In this document: in pieces, positions 28,461 through 40,508 of the stretch
Numbering within the stretch: the stretch's first letter is position 1
Layout: each line of letters opens with the position of its first letter
Assembly (NCBI GenBank): GCA_963750775.1
Contig: CAVVRT010000003.1
Location: 155,273 to 219,272 of the forward strand
DNA length: 64,000 nt
Direction of reading: 5' to 3'
Origin: an uncultured beta proteobacterium
GTDB taxonomy: Bacteria; Pseudomonadota; Gammaproteobacteria; Burkholderiales; Gallionellaceae
Notes under the pieces: model-generated
Database searches by the model: none
Seen by the model: only the letters and a program-made list of their open reading frames with translations
Told to the model about the DNA's origin: nothing
Program-made: the position numbers and the translations under genes

Positions 28461-28570
28461 GGAGTGGTGAGTGGAGCGGCACTGCGTGCCTTAGTGTTAA
28501 GTGGGAAAACGAGTGCATCGCTTTTTCCACTGACGACTTAGGCGCAACGCGCCAACCCACTCACCACTTT
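28461..28570. repeat. Second copy of the heptamer-ended MITE-like element
   Basis: GGAGTGGTGAGTGGAGCGGCACTGCGTGCCTTAGTGTTAAGTGG ... CCACTGACGACTTAGGCGCAACGCGCCAACCCACTCACCACTT; shares arms and a TGCATCGC-like core with 811..985. Confidence 0.7.
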
Positions 28571-28580
28571 CTGGAGTTAT

Positions 28581-29513
28581 TTAAGGCAGCACTTCTTCTG
28601 CTTCAGTCTTTTCTGGCTTGATAAAATCTTCGCGCGACACGCCGAACATCATCAGCAAAGGACTAGCGACCAGCACCGAGGAATAGATGCTGAACAAGAT
28701 GCCGATGGTCAACGCCATCGCAAAATAATGCAGTGTTTCACCGCCCAGAAACAGCATCGCACCGACCATCATCTGCGTGCAGCCGTGGGTAATGATGGTG
28801 CGAGACATGGTACGGGTAATGGCGTTGTCGATAATTTCGGCGGTTTCGGCTTTGCGCATCTTGTGGAAGTTTTCGCGAATACGATCAAACACCACCACCG
28901 ATTCGTTCACCGAATAACCCAGCACCGCCAGCACCGCAGCCAACACCGACAGCGAAAACTCCCATTGAAAGCAGGCGAAGAAGCCGAGAATAATCACCAC
29001 GTCATGCAAGTTGGCGAGGATGGCGGACAAGCCAAACTTCCATTCAAAGCGCAGCCACAAATACGCGACGATGCCCAATGAAACCAGCAACAACGCCAGC
29101 GCGCCGTTCTCGATTAAATCTTTACCGACTTGCGGGCCAACAAACTCGACGCGGCGCATTTCCACTGTAGCATCGGCTTGACGCAACGTCGCCATCACTT
29201 GCTCGCTCAGTTTCGCGCCGGCTTTATTCGCCTTCAGCGGGATTTGTATCAGCACATCCAAGCTCGAACCAAAGTTCTGCACTTGTGCATCCGCCAAGCC
29301 CGCACCGCCCAACTGCTCACGGACTTTATTCAAGTCCGCAGGCTGGGCGTAGTGCACTTCCATCACCGTGCCGCCGGTAAAATCCACGCCAAAATTCAAG
29401 CCTTTAGTGGCGAGAAAAGCCACTGCGATGAGAAAAGTTACCAACGAAATACTGGTGGTAATTTTCCCGTAACTCATAAACGGAATATCGCGTTTAATCT
29501 TAAAAAATTCCAT
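28581..29513 (-). CDS. secF: Protein translocase subunit SecF
   Basis: MEFFKIKRD, GVDFTGG, EFVGPQVG, GYSVNESVVVFDRIRE. Confidence 0.97.
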   Translation of the reverse strand: MEFFKIKRDIPFMSYGKITTSISLVTFLIAVAFLATKGLNFGVDFTGGTVMEVHYAQPADLNKVREQLGGAGLADAQVQNFGSSLDVLIQIPLKANKAGAKLSEQVMATLRQADATVEMRRVEFVGPQVGKDLIENGALALLLVSLGIVAYLWLRFEWKFGLSAILANLHDVVIILGFFACFQWEFSLSVLAAVLAVLGYSVNESVVVFDRIRENFHKMRKAETAEIIDNAITRTMSRTIITHGCTQMMVGAMLFLGGETLHYFAMALTIGILFSIYSSVLVASPLLMMFGVSREDFIKPEKTEAEEVLP

Positions 29514-29570
29514 GTGCAACTCCTTAACCAAACAAGCAGACAACGCTGCTTGTTTCCCTGATAAAACAAC

Positions 29571-29701
29571 TAGCCACTCCACTAAGCTGCTAAAAACAGC
29601 AGCAAGTGGCTGGTTATCACCCTAACCCTAAAAACCCCTCTAGCCATTCGACTAAGTCCGCAAGCGGACAAGTCGCTGGCTATCTCCCAGCGGGAGAGGG
29701 G
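29571..29701. repeat. Composite repeat: CCCTCTCCC-type palindrome with two ~45-bp TAGCCA...TGG(C/T)TA hairpins
   Basis: 29571-29616 TAGCCACTCCACTAAG...AAGTGGCTGGTTA; 29641-29682 TAGCCATTCGACTAAG...AAGTCGCTGGCTA splits CCCCTC|TCCCAGCGGGAGAGGGG. Confidence 0.7.
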
Positions 29702-29726
29702 ACGAACGTATCGCGATGCGATGCGT

Positions 29727-31538
29727 TTAACCTATTGCCACTTTATTCAATCGTGCTTTACGTCCGTAAATTAAATTGACCAATGCGCGCGATACCAGCA
29801 CCGAGCTGAACATCGAAGTCAAAATCCCCAAACACAACACCACCGCGAAGCCTTTAATCGGGCCTGAGCCAAACAAAAACAGCGCAATCCCAGCAATCAA
29901 ATTGGTGATATTGGAATCGACGATGGTGGCGAAAGCGTTGTCGTAACCCGCATGAATCGCGGCTTGCGGACTCACGCCGTTGCGCAACTCTTCGCGAATA
30001 CGCTCGTTAATCAGCACGTTTGAATCAATCGCCATCCCCAAGGTCAAAGCGATACCCGCCATACCTGGCAAAGTCAGCGTGGCTTGCAGCATCGACAACA
30101 GCGCGACCAATAACAGCAAGTTGGCGGCGAGTGCGAACACCGAAATCGTGCCGAACATCAGGTAGTACGCGACCATAAACACCGCGATCAGCATGAAACC
30201 AATCTTGGTGGAATTAAAACCACGGTCGATATTGTCCGCGCCCAAAGAAGGGCCGACGGTGCGTTCTTCGACGATTTCCATCGGCGCAGCCAGTGCGCCT
30301 GCGCGTAACAACAACGAGGTGTCTTGCGCTTCTTCGGTGGTCATGCGACCGCTGATTTGTACACGACCGCCGCCGATTTCTTCGCGAATAACCGGTGCAG
30401 TAACAATCTCGCCCTTGCCTTTTTCAAACAAAATAATCGCCATGCGCTTGCCAACGTTTTCACGCGTTGCTTCTTTGAATTTACGCGCGCCCACGCCATC
30501 CAAATTCAGATGTACCGCAGGTTCGTTGTCGCGATTATCAAAGCCAGGTTGCGCGTCATTGATACGCTCACCCGTCAGCAACACTTGTTTTTTCACCAGT
30601 AGCGTTTGCCCTTCTCTATCCTTAAACGCCTCCGTGCCAAATGGTGCAACGCCGCCAACGCTAAGTTGATGCTCGTCATCCACCAAGCGAATTTCCAGCG
30701 TCGCGGTGCGTCCCAGTAGCTCTTTGATTCGCGTTGAATCTTGTACGCCGGGCAACTGCACCACGATGCGGTCCACACCTTGTTGTTGTATCACGGGTTC
30801 AGCCACGCCCAACTCATTAACACGATTGCGTACCGTCAACAAATTTTGCTGTACGGCAGATTCTTGAATGCGCCGTTTGGCGACTTCGGTGAGCTGCGCT
30901 TGCAAAATAAATTCGCCTGCCAGCTCCTTACTAACGAGGCTGTAATCGGCAAAGCGTTGTTTGATTTCAGCTGCGCCTTTGTCGCGAGAAACGGCATCGC
31001 GGAATTTAATCAACAGTAAATTTTCTTCGCGCGACACGCCCGAATACGCCACATTTTGCTCACGCAAGGAGCTGCGCATATCGCCAGCTCCCGCCTCCAA
31101 CGCCTTATCTAACGAGACTTTTATATCTATCTGCATTAGCAGATGAATCCCGCCGCGCAAGTCCAAACCGAGATACATAGGCAGCGCGTACATGCTCGCC
31201 AACCATTGCGGCGAACGTGGCATCAAGTTGAGAGCGACCATATAGTCCTCGCCTAATGCCACATGCAAAACGTCTTTAGCCCTAAATTGCAAGTCGGTAT
31301 TGGCATAGCGCGCTTTGACGCTATTGCCTTCCAAGCTCAACAATTCAGGCGTTAAATTCGCCGCTTTGAGCGCGCTCTCGGCGCGTGCCAACAAAGCCAA
31401 ATCGGCTTTGACATTGCTGCGCAGCGGTGAGATTTGCACGGCAGGCGATTCACCAAAAAAATTCGGCAAGGTGTAAATCAATCCCGCCAACAGCACGGCA
31501 AAAATCAACACATATTTCCACAGGGGATAACGATTCAT
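29727..31538 (-). CDS. secD: Protein translocase subunit SecD
   Basis: MNRYPLWKY, LGLDLRGG, RNRVNELGVAEP, VGPSLG, DSNVLINERIREE. Confidence 0.97.
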   Translation of the reverse strand: MNRYPLWKYVLIFAVLLAGLIYTLPNFFGESPAVQISPLRSNVKADLALLARAESALKAANLTPELLSLEGNSVKARYANTDLQFRAKDVLHVALGEDYMVALNLMPRSPQWLASMYALPMYLGLDLRGGIHLLMQIDIKVSLDKALEAGAGDMRSSLREQNVAYSGVSREENLLLIKFRDAVSRDKGAAEIKQRFADYSLVSKELAGEFILQAQLTEVAKRRIQESAVQQNLLTVRNRVNELGVAEPVIQQQGVDRIVVQLPGVQDSTRIKELLGRTATLEIRLVDDEHQLSVGGVAPFGTEAFKDREGQTLLVKKQVLLTGERINDAQPGFDNRDNEPAVHLNLDGVGARKFKEATRENVGKRMAIILFEKGKGEIVTAPVIREEIGGGRVQISGRMTTEEAQDTSLLLRAGALAAPMEIVEERTVGPSLGADNIDRGFNSTKIGFMLIAVFMVAYYLMFGTISVFALAANLLLLVALLSMLQATLTLPGMAGIALTLGMAIDSNVLINERIREELRNGVSPQAAIHAGYDNAFATIVDSNITNLIAGIALFLFGSGPIKGFAVVLCLGILTSMFSSVLVSRALVNLIYGRKARLNKVAIG

Positions 31539-31603
31539 CGCGACCTCGACAGATTCAAAAACAACAAACCGAGGCGAACCTCGGTTGAGTGGGCGAAACG
31601 ATA

Positions 31604-31930
31604 TTACTTAATCGCGCTAATGGTGCCTTTAGGCAACACCGTCAAAATTGCCGATTTTTGCACTTTCACTTCCATGCCTTCAGACACTTCTACGCTGGCG
31701 TAATCTTCATACACCTTAGTCACGCGTCCAACTAAACCGCCGCTGGTGGCGACTTCGTCACCTTTTTGCAACGCAGTCATCATGGCTTGATGCTCTTTGG
31801 CGCGCTTTTGTTGTGGGCGCAATACCAAGAAATAAAACACCGCGACCAATGCCACCAAAGGCAAGTAATCCATTAAACCGCCGCCCGCCGCTGCGGCAGC
31901 ACCTTCTGCATATGCGTTACTAATAAACAT
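31604..31930 (-). CDS. yajC: Preprotein translocase subunit YajC
   Basis: FYFLVLRPQQKR, LQKGDEV.TSGG. Confidence 0.97.
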   Translation of the reverse strand: MFISNAYAEGAAAAAGGGLMDYLPLVALVAVFYFLVLRPQQKRAKEHQAMMTALQKGDEVATSGGLVGRVTKVYEDYASVEVSEGMEVKVQKSAILTVLPKGTISAIK

Positions 31931-31981
31931 TTTTTGTCACTCCGAGTTAAAAAAGCTGCGCATTCTAACACGACGCATCGT

Positions 31982-33094
<1,113 letters not shown>

Positions 33095-33152
33095 TTACTT
33101 CTTTCTTAAAAACGATTTTTTTCACAGCTTTAAAGCTAGTCGCAACTACCTG

Positions 33153-34178
33153 CTAGCGACTAGCTTTCTCAATCAACATCGCATCGCCATAACTAAAGAA
33201 GCGATACTCATTTTTTACCGCGTGCTGATAAGCGGCGCGTAAGTTTTCTGTGCCGCCAAAAGCACTCACCAACATCAGCAACGTGGATTTAGGCAAATGA
33301 AAATTAGTCAGCAACACATCCACCACACGGAACTGAAACCCCGGCGTGATAAAAATTTTCGTCTCGTCTGCACCACTCTTTAATTCGCCTGACACCGCAG
33401 CACTTTCTAAGGCACGCAAACTGGTCGTGCCAACCGCGATGACGCGCGCATTTTTTTGCCGCGCCAGCTTAATCGCATCCAACGTCGCTGGCGGAATGTC
33501 GTAACGCTCGCTGTGCATATGATGTTCATGTACAAACTCGGCGCGCACGGGCTGAAATGTTCCTGCACCCACATGCAAGGTCACAAAGGCGGTCTGCACA
33601 CCCTTATCGCGCAAGATTTTTAACATGGCATCATCAAAATGCAAGCCCGCCGTTGGTGCCGCAACCGCACCGTCATTACGCGCAAATACCGTTTGATAAC
33701 GCTGCTCGTCGTCACCATCGGCGGCGTGCGTAATGTAGGGCGGTAGCGGCAAACGACCGTATTGCTCCAGCCATTCCCACACCGTCTGCGCCGCATCAAA
33801 ACGCAAATGAAAAAACTCACCTTCGCGTCCCAATACTCTCGCATTGATATGTTCCGCGAGTAATAAATCACTACCTGCCAAAGGCGAACGACTGGCGCGC
33901 ACTTGTGCTAACACCTCGTGATTATTCAACACGCGTTCAACCAACACTTCGATTTGTCCGCCGGTTTTTTTCGTGCCAAACAAGCGCGCTTTAATCACCC
34001 GCGTGTCGTTCAAAATTAATAAATCATCGGCGCGCAACAGCTCAGCTAAATCAGTAAATGATTTATCTGAGAGTTCATCACTATGAACGTGGAGTAAACG
34101 GCTAGTGCCGCGTAAAGCAGGCGGATGTTGGGCTATCAGGCTTTCGGGTAATACAAAATCAAACTCATCCGTGCGCAT
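33153..34178 (-). CDS. queA: S-adenosylmethionine:tRNA ribosyltransferase-isomerase
   Basis: [51 protein letters not shown]. Confidence 0.98.
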   Translation of the reverse strand: MRTDEFDFVLPESLIAQHPPALRGTSRLLHVHSDELSDKSFTDLAELLRADDLLILNDTRVIKARLFGTKKTGGQIEVLVERVLNNHEVLAQVRASRSPLAGSDLLLAEHINARVLGREGEFFHLRFDAAQTVWEWLEQYGRLPLPPYITHAADGDDEQRYQTVFARNDGAVAAPTAGLHFDDAMLKILRDKGVQTAFVTLHVGAGTFQPVRAEFVHEHHMHSERYDIPPATLDAIKLARQKNARVIAVGTTSLRALESAAVSGELKSGADETKIFITPGFQFRVVDVLLTNFHLPKSTLLMLVSAFGGTENLRAAYQHAVKNEYRFFSYGDAMLIEKASR

Positions 34179-34320
34179 TGTTTTCAACTATTTTCAAAAA
34201 GTCGTAATTGTAGCTTGATGCGAGTAACTGTTTTGTGCATAATGCGCGCCGCTTCGCAACAGCATGAACAAAACAACGTTTATGCGGCTCGCCAAAATCG
34301 AGTTTTGCAGCACATGTATT

Positions 34321-34406
34321 GCCGGGGTGATGGAACTGGTAGACGTGCCGGACTCAAAATCCGGTGCCAGAAATGGCGTGGGGGTTCGATTCCCCCCCCG
34401 GCACCA
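34321..34406 (+). tRNA. tRNA-Leu (CAA)
   Basis: GCCGGGG...anticodon arm CCGGA-CTCAAAA-TCCGG, long variable arm, GGTTCGATTCC, 3' ACCA. Confidence 0.93.
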
Positions 34407-34508
34407 AATTGTTTTTGTATCGTGTCAACCGAATCTTTAAGAGCTGCGTTATTACCGATACGACACCTGTCAGTGTCGTTTTTTAATCACTTAAAACTGG
34501 AGTTCACC

Positions 34509-34715
34509 ATGAGCAAATTGTTATCTGTATTGATCGCTGCAACTTTCGCTGCTGTTTCATTTACTGCTGTTGCTGCTGACGCAGCTCCAGCGGCTGCTGC
34601 ACCAGCAGCAACTCAAGCTGCTCCAGCTGCTGCTAAATCAGAAGCGGCTGCTCCAGCAAAAGCTGCTAAGCACGCTAAGAAACACAAAAAACACGCTAAA
34701 AAAGCAGCTAAGTAA
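34509..34715 (+). CDS. Small secreted Ala/Pro- and Lys/His-rich protein (Asr-like composition)
   Basis: GGAG RBS; signal peptide MSKLLSVLIAATFAAVSFTAVA; tail AKAAKHAKKHKKHAKKAAK; own terminator. Confidence 0.8.
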   Translation: MSKLLSVLIAATFAAVSFTAVAADAAPAAAAPAATQAAPAAAKSEAAAPAKAAKHAKKHKKHAKKAAK

Positions 34716-34732
34716 TTAGTTGGTTTTTAGTT

Positions 34733-34761
34733 AAAAAGGCAGGGGAAACCCTGCCTTTTTT
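34733..34761 (+). terminator. Intrinsic terminator
   Basis: AAAAAGGCAGGG-GAAA-CCCTGCCTTTTTT. Confidence 0.9.
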
Positions 34762-34789
34762 CATGTCCAAAATAAACGCCACCTGCACT

Positions 34790-35239
34790 ATGACTATTTG
34801 GAAACCGCATACAACCGTCGCTGCCATTATCGAACGCGATGGCAAGTTTTTATTGGTTGAAGAAGAAACCGCGCAAGGAGCGCGTTTCAATCAGCCAGCG
34901 GGACATCTCGAAGCGCATGAATCTTTATTCGAGGCTGTGGTGCGCGAAACATTAGAAGAGTCGGCGTATCACTTCGCGCCGCAACACCTCACGGGCATTT
35001 ATCGCTGGCACGCCGAGGAATCCGACACCACTTACTTGCGCTTTGCCTTTGCAGGTGAGCTGACTGGTTTTGAAGAAAATCGCCCGCTCGACACAGGCAT
35101 CATTCGCGCAGTTTGGTTGAGCTTAGCTGAAGTTCGCGCTTGCCAAGCAAGCCATCGCAGCCCTTTAGTGTTGCGCTGTATCGAAGATTATTTGGCGGGG
35201 CATCGCTATCCTTTGGAGTTGATTACGCATTATGAATAA
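34790..35239 (+). CDS. nudJ: NUDIX hydrolase (NudJ-like)
   Basis: [24 protein letters not shown]; upstream of mnmA. Confidence 0.85.
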   Translation: MTIWKPHTTVAAIIERDGKFLLVEEETAQGARFNQPAGHLEAHESLFEAVVRETLEESAYHFAPQHLTGIYRWHAEESDTTYLRFAFAGELTGFEENRPLDTGIIRAVWLSLAEVRACQASHRSPLVLRCIEDYLAGHRYPLELITHYE

Positions 35240-36311
35240 ATCCAAATCTCGCATCGTCGTCGGTATGTCGGGCGGCGTAGATTCTTCGGTTACGGCCTTG
35301 TTGCTTAAACAACAAGGCTATGACGTAATCGGCTTGTTTATGAAGAATTGGGAGGACGACGACAACAGCGAATACTGCTCGTCGCGCCAGGATTTAATCG
35401 ACGCGGTTTCGGTCGCCGACACCATTGGCATTCCCATCGAGGCGGTGAATTTTTCCAAAGAATATAAAGACCGCGTGTTCAGTTATTTCTTGCGCGAATA
35501 TGAAGCGGGACGCACGCCGAATCCCGACATTTTGTGCAACGCCGAAATCAAATTCAAAGCGTTTTTAGATCACGCTATCGCGCTCGGCGCAGACACGATT
35601 GCGACGGGTCATTACGCGCAAGTGCGCGAAGTCGATGGCGCGTTTCAATTACTTAAGGCGACGGATGCGAGCAAAGATCAAAGCTATTTTTTGCATAGAC
35701 TAAATCAAGCGCAATTGTCCAAAGCGATGTTTCCGCTGGGCAACATTTTGAAATCGGAAGTGCGCCGTATCGCCGAGCAACACGGCTTGTCTAACCACGC
35801 AAAAAAAGACAGCACGGGTATTTGTTTTATCGGCGAACGTCCGTTCCGCGAATTTTTAAGCGGCTATTTACCCACTCAACCCGGCGACATGTTTACCCCC
35901 GAAGGACAGTTAGTGGGCAAGCATATCGGCTTGAGTTTTTACACACTGGGGCAACGCCAAGGCTTAGGTATCGGCGGTGCAAAAAATTCGTCGGGCGAAC
36001 CGTGGTTTGTGGCGGCTAAAGACATGACGCGCAACCGTTTAATTGTGGTGCAAGGACACGATCATCCGCTGCTGTTGCAAGCACAAGTCGAGGTGATTGA
36101 TATGCACTGGATTAGCGGCGCAGCTCCTGACTTAACACAAGGCTTTGCTGCCAAAACCCGTTATCGCCAAGCCGATGCCGAGTGCCATATCGCGCTCAAT
36201 CAAGCACTCACGCAATTTAGTTTTGCTGACCCGCAATGGGCGGTCACGCCAGGACAATCGGTGGTTGCGTATGACGGCGAAATTTGTTTAGGCGGCGGGA
36301 TTATCAAATAG
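35232..36311 (+). CDS. mnmA: tRNA 2-thiouridine(34) synthase
   Basis: [44 protein letters not shown]. Confidence 0.98.
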   Translation: MNKSKSRIVVGMSGGVDSSVTALLLKQQGYDVIGLFMKNWEDDDNSEYCSSRQDLIDAVSVADTIGIPIEAVNFSKEYKDRVFSYFLREYEAGRTPNPDILCNAEIKFKAFLDHAIALGADTIATGHYAQVREVDGAFQLLKATDASKDQSYFLHRLNQAQLSKAMFPLGNILKSEVRRIAEQHGLSNHAKKDSTGICFIGERPFREFLSGYLPTQPGDMFTPEGQLVGKHIGLSFYTLGQRQGLGIGGAKNSSGEPWFVAAKDMTRNRLIVVQGHDHPLLLQAQVEVIDMHWISGAAPDLTQGFAAKTRYRQADAECHIALNQALTQFSFADPQWAVTPGQSVVAYDGEICLGGGIIK

Positions 36312-36378
36312 TTGTGGGCTGATATGGCGTAGCCGCTTTTGCAATCAAAGCACTTAGCCGCCCGTCGCTTTCGCGTAA

Positions 36379-37794
<1,416 letters not shown>

Positions 37795-37809
37795 GTTTTT
37801 AAGCAAAAT

Positions 37810-37844
37810 AAAAAGCCGCACGGCGATAGGCGTGCGGCTTTTTT
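37810..37844. terminator. Bidirectional terminator (purB/ettA)
   Basis: AAAAAGCCGCACG..CGTGCGGCTTTTTT. Confidence 0.85.
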
Positions 37845-37884
37845 CTTTTGGAGTACCAGCCCCTTAAATTACCGCGCCTTGGGC

Positions 37885-39555
37885 TTATCGGCTAATCGGC
37901 TTATAGCGAATCCGTTTTGGTTTCGCACCTTCTTCACCTAAACGCTTCTTTTTATCCGCTTCGTATTCTTGATAGTTGCCGTCGAAGAATGTCCATTTTG
38001 AATCGCCTTCACACGCGAGGATGTGGGTGGCGATACGGTCTAGGAACCAGCGATCGTGGGAGATGACGGCAACGCAGCCAGCGAACTCTAGCAAGGCATC
38101 TTCCAATGCGCGCAAGGTTTCCACGTCTAGGTCGTTGGTCGGTTCATCGAGCATTAACACGTTGCCGCCGGAGATAAGCGTTTGCGCTAAGTGCAATCGA
38201 CCGCGTTCGCCGCCGGATAATTGCCCGACGATTTTGCCTTGATCGGCACCTTTGAAATTGAAGCGTCCGATGTAGGCCCGCGCGGGGGTTTCGTATTTAC
38301 CGACGGTCAAAATTTCGTTGCCGCCTGAGATGGCTTCAAACACAGTTTTGCTGTTGTCGAGCGAATCGCGCGCTTGATCGACGTGGGCGATTTTAACGGT
38401 CTGACCGATTTTTACTGTGCCGGTATCAGGCTGTTCTTTGCCTGTAATCATGCGGAACAGCGTGGATTTACCCGCGCCGTTTGGACCGATGATGCCGACA
38501 ATTGCGCCAGGTGGAATTTTGAAGCTGAGGTTGTCTATCAGCAGACGTTCGCCATAGGCTTTGCTGACGTTTTCAAACTCGATAACTTCGTTACCCAGAC
38601 GTTCGCCGACGGGAATAAAAATCTCCTGCGTTTCATTGCGCGCTTGATGCTCTTGCGAATTCAATTCTTCAAAACGCGCGATACGCGCCTTGGATTTCGC
38701 CTGACGACCTTTAGGATTTTGGCGCACCCATTCCAACTCTTGCTTCATCGCTTTTTGATGCGCATCGACTTGTTTATTTTCTTGCGCTAAACGCGCGCCT
38801 TTTTGATCCAGCCAACTGGAGTAATTGCCCTTCCACGGAATGCCGTGACCTCTATCCAATTCCAAAATCCATTCGGCGGCATTGTCGAGGAAATATCGAT
38901 CATGCGTCACCGCCACCACCGTGCCGGGGAAGCGCACTAGGAATTGTTCCAGCCATTCCACCGACTCGGCATCCAGATGGTTGGTCGGTTCATCGAGCAA
39001 CAGCATGTCGGGTTTTTCCAACAACAATTTGCACAGTGCGACGCGGCGTTTTTCACCGCCGGAAAGATTTTTAATCAGCGCGTCCCAATCCGGCAAACGC
39101 AGTGCGTCGGCGGCAATTTCCATTTGATGTTCGGCATCCGAACCGCTGGCTGCGATGATGTTTTCCAAGCGTGCTTGCTCGGCGGCGAGCGCGTCAAAAT
39201 CCGCATCCTCTTCTGCATACGCGGCGTACACTTCGTCGAGTTTTTGCTGCGCTTGCATCACTTCGCCGAGCGCGGATTCCACTTCTTGGCGCACCGTTTT
39301 GGCAGGATCTAGCACTGGCTCTTGTTCCAGATAACCGATTTTCATATTCGGCATATGTTGCACTTCGCCGTCGTATTCCTTATCCACGTTCGCCATGATG
39401 CGCAGCACGGTAGATTTACCCGAACCGTTCAGGCCGAGCAAACCAATTTTCGCGCCAGGGAAAAAACTCAGGGAAATGTCTTTGATAATTTGACGTTTAG
39501 GGGGGACGATTTTGCTCACGCGGAGCATCGACATTACATATTGACCTTGTGCCAT
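37885..39555 (-). CDS. ettA: Energy-dependent translational throttle protein (ABC-F)
   Basis: Two ABC domains (GLNGSGKST, GPNGAGKST), FFPGAKIG, PKGRQAKSKAR linker. Confidence 0.97.
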   Translation of the reverse strand: MAQGQYVMSMLRVSKIVPPKRQIIKDISLSFFPGAKIGLLGLNGSGKSTVLRIMANVDKEYDGEVQHMPNMKIGYLEQEPVLDPAKTVRQEVESALGEVMQAQQKLDEVYAAYAEEDADFDALAAEQARLENIIAASGSDAEHQMEIAADALRLPDWDALIKNLSGGEKRRVALCKLLLEKPDMLLLDEPTNHLDAESVEWLEQFLVRFPGTVVAVTHDRYFLDNAAEWILELDRGHGIPWKGNYSSWLDQKGARLAQENKQVDAHQKAMKQELEWVRQNPKGRQAKSKARIARFEELNSQEHQARNETQEIFIPVGERLGNEVIEFENVSKAYGERLLIDNLSFKIPPGAIVGIIGPNGAGKSTLFRMITGKEQPDTGTVKIGQTVKIAHVDQARDSLDNSKTVFEAISGGNEILTVGKYETPARAYIGRFNFKGADQGKIVGQLSGGERGRLHLAQTLISGGNVLMLDEPTNDLDVETLRALEDALLEFAGCVAVISHDRWFLDRIATHILACEGDSKWTFFDGNYQEYEADKKKRLGEEGAKPKRIRYKPISR

Positions 39556-39676
39556 TGTGCGGGTTCTCTAGGGATTCAAAAAGGCGCGTAGCTTACCGCA
39601 AAGCACGGTTTCACTAAATGTAAAACTGCGTATTAGGCATAAAAATTGCGCCAGCACGGGCACAATTTTGTGGCGA

Positions 39677-40237
39677 TTAGTTTTTAGGCAGGATGCGCAT
39701 TTCGCCGTCGTCTTGCTCGATACGGAACGCTCGCAGCACATTCATGCCGAGCAGTGGCTGGCTGAGGTTAGGCACAATCATGGCGGGGACATTGGCGAGT
39801 AGTAGGTGACCGAGTTTGAGCTTCTTCACGATAGAGGTGCAGCTACGTCCGATGCCGTTGGCGGTTTGCACTGAGACTTGTTCTAGGCAAGACATGTTCG
39901 CCATATACGCCATGTCGCGCGGCAACGACACCACGCTCGCCCCCGTATCGACCACGAAAGTGAGTGGTTTACCGTTAATGCTGCCATCAACAAAATAATG
40001 CCCATTAGCGTGTTGTTTCAAAATCAGCCCCAGATTCGCGTTGCGGGCAAGTTCGTCGCTAGACGGCGCGGGGGCATCGGCTTGTGCCCAGCTAGCTACC
40101 GCTGTGTTGGTTTTGGCACAGGGCGTAGCTTGATAAATTGTCTGCCCGTTGCGATCTTTGCATTTATGTACCGCGCCGTCGGCGTAGCTTAACTGGCTTG
40201 CAAACAAGGCGAGTAGGGCAACGCTATAAGTTTTCAT
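39677..40237 (-). CDS. Secreted retropepsin-like aspartic protease with N-terminal DUF4124-like domain
   Basis: Signal peptide; VHKCKD.NG.TIYQ.TPC; GHYFVDG.ING, FVVDTGAS, LLGMNVL; ATG at 40237. Confidence 0.85.
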   Translation of the reverse strand: MKTYSVALLALFASQLSYADGAVHKCKDRNGQTIYQATPCAKTNTAVASWAQADAPAPSSDELARNANLGLILKQHANGHYFVDGSINGKPLTFVVDTGASVVSLPRDMAYMANMSCLEQVSVQTANGIGRSCTSIVKKLKLGHLLLANVPAMIVPNLSQPLLGMNVLRAFRIEQDDGEMRILPKN

Positions 40238-40508
40238 GGGACGACTCCGGGGTGGTTTGGGCGGCGGCATTGGCGCGTTGCAAGCGATAAGTACGCGCAT
40301 GTTTGGGAAGATTGACCACCATGATAATTAACCGCGTCAGGCTGTAAGAAACTATGGCAAATAGCAGCAATAGCAATACAAAAAAGTTCAGCGATAGCTC
40401 CAGCCGATAAGGTGGATAAAACAGCAAAACGTAGCCAGCGTTATGTGCCGCGCTACTGAGTGTTACTGCCGCAGCAAAGATAAGCACAATCCAAATCACA
40501 TATTTCAT
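40224..40508 (-). pseudogene. hemY: Truncated HemY (N-terminal membrane part only, 94 aa)
   Basis: NAGYVLLFYPPYRLELSLN, VNLP; follows hemX; TPR region absent. Confidence 0.7.

Noticed and set aside
33132-33166. AAAGCTAGTCGC/GCGACTAGCTTT hairpin at the queA end as a mobile repeat
   Set aside because: Single copy overlapping the stop codon; more simply an mRNA hairpin
34321-34500. tRNA-Leu as an island attachment site
   Set aside because: No integrase and no duplicated tRNA 3' end seen; flanking genes are core
34215-34508. 5' extensions of ORF-track calls (34215, 55805, 43481, 51711, 29582, 17968)
   Set aside because: They run through a tRNA, repeats or neighbouring genes; downstream ATGs fit family N-termini and RBSs better
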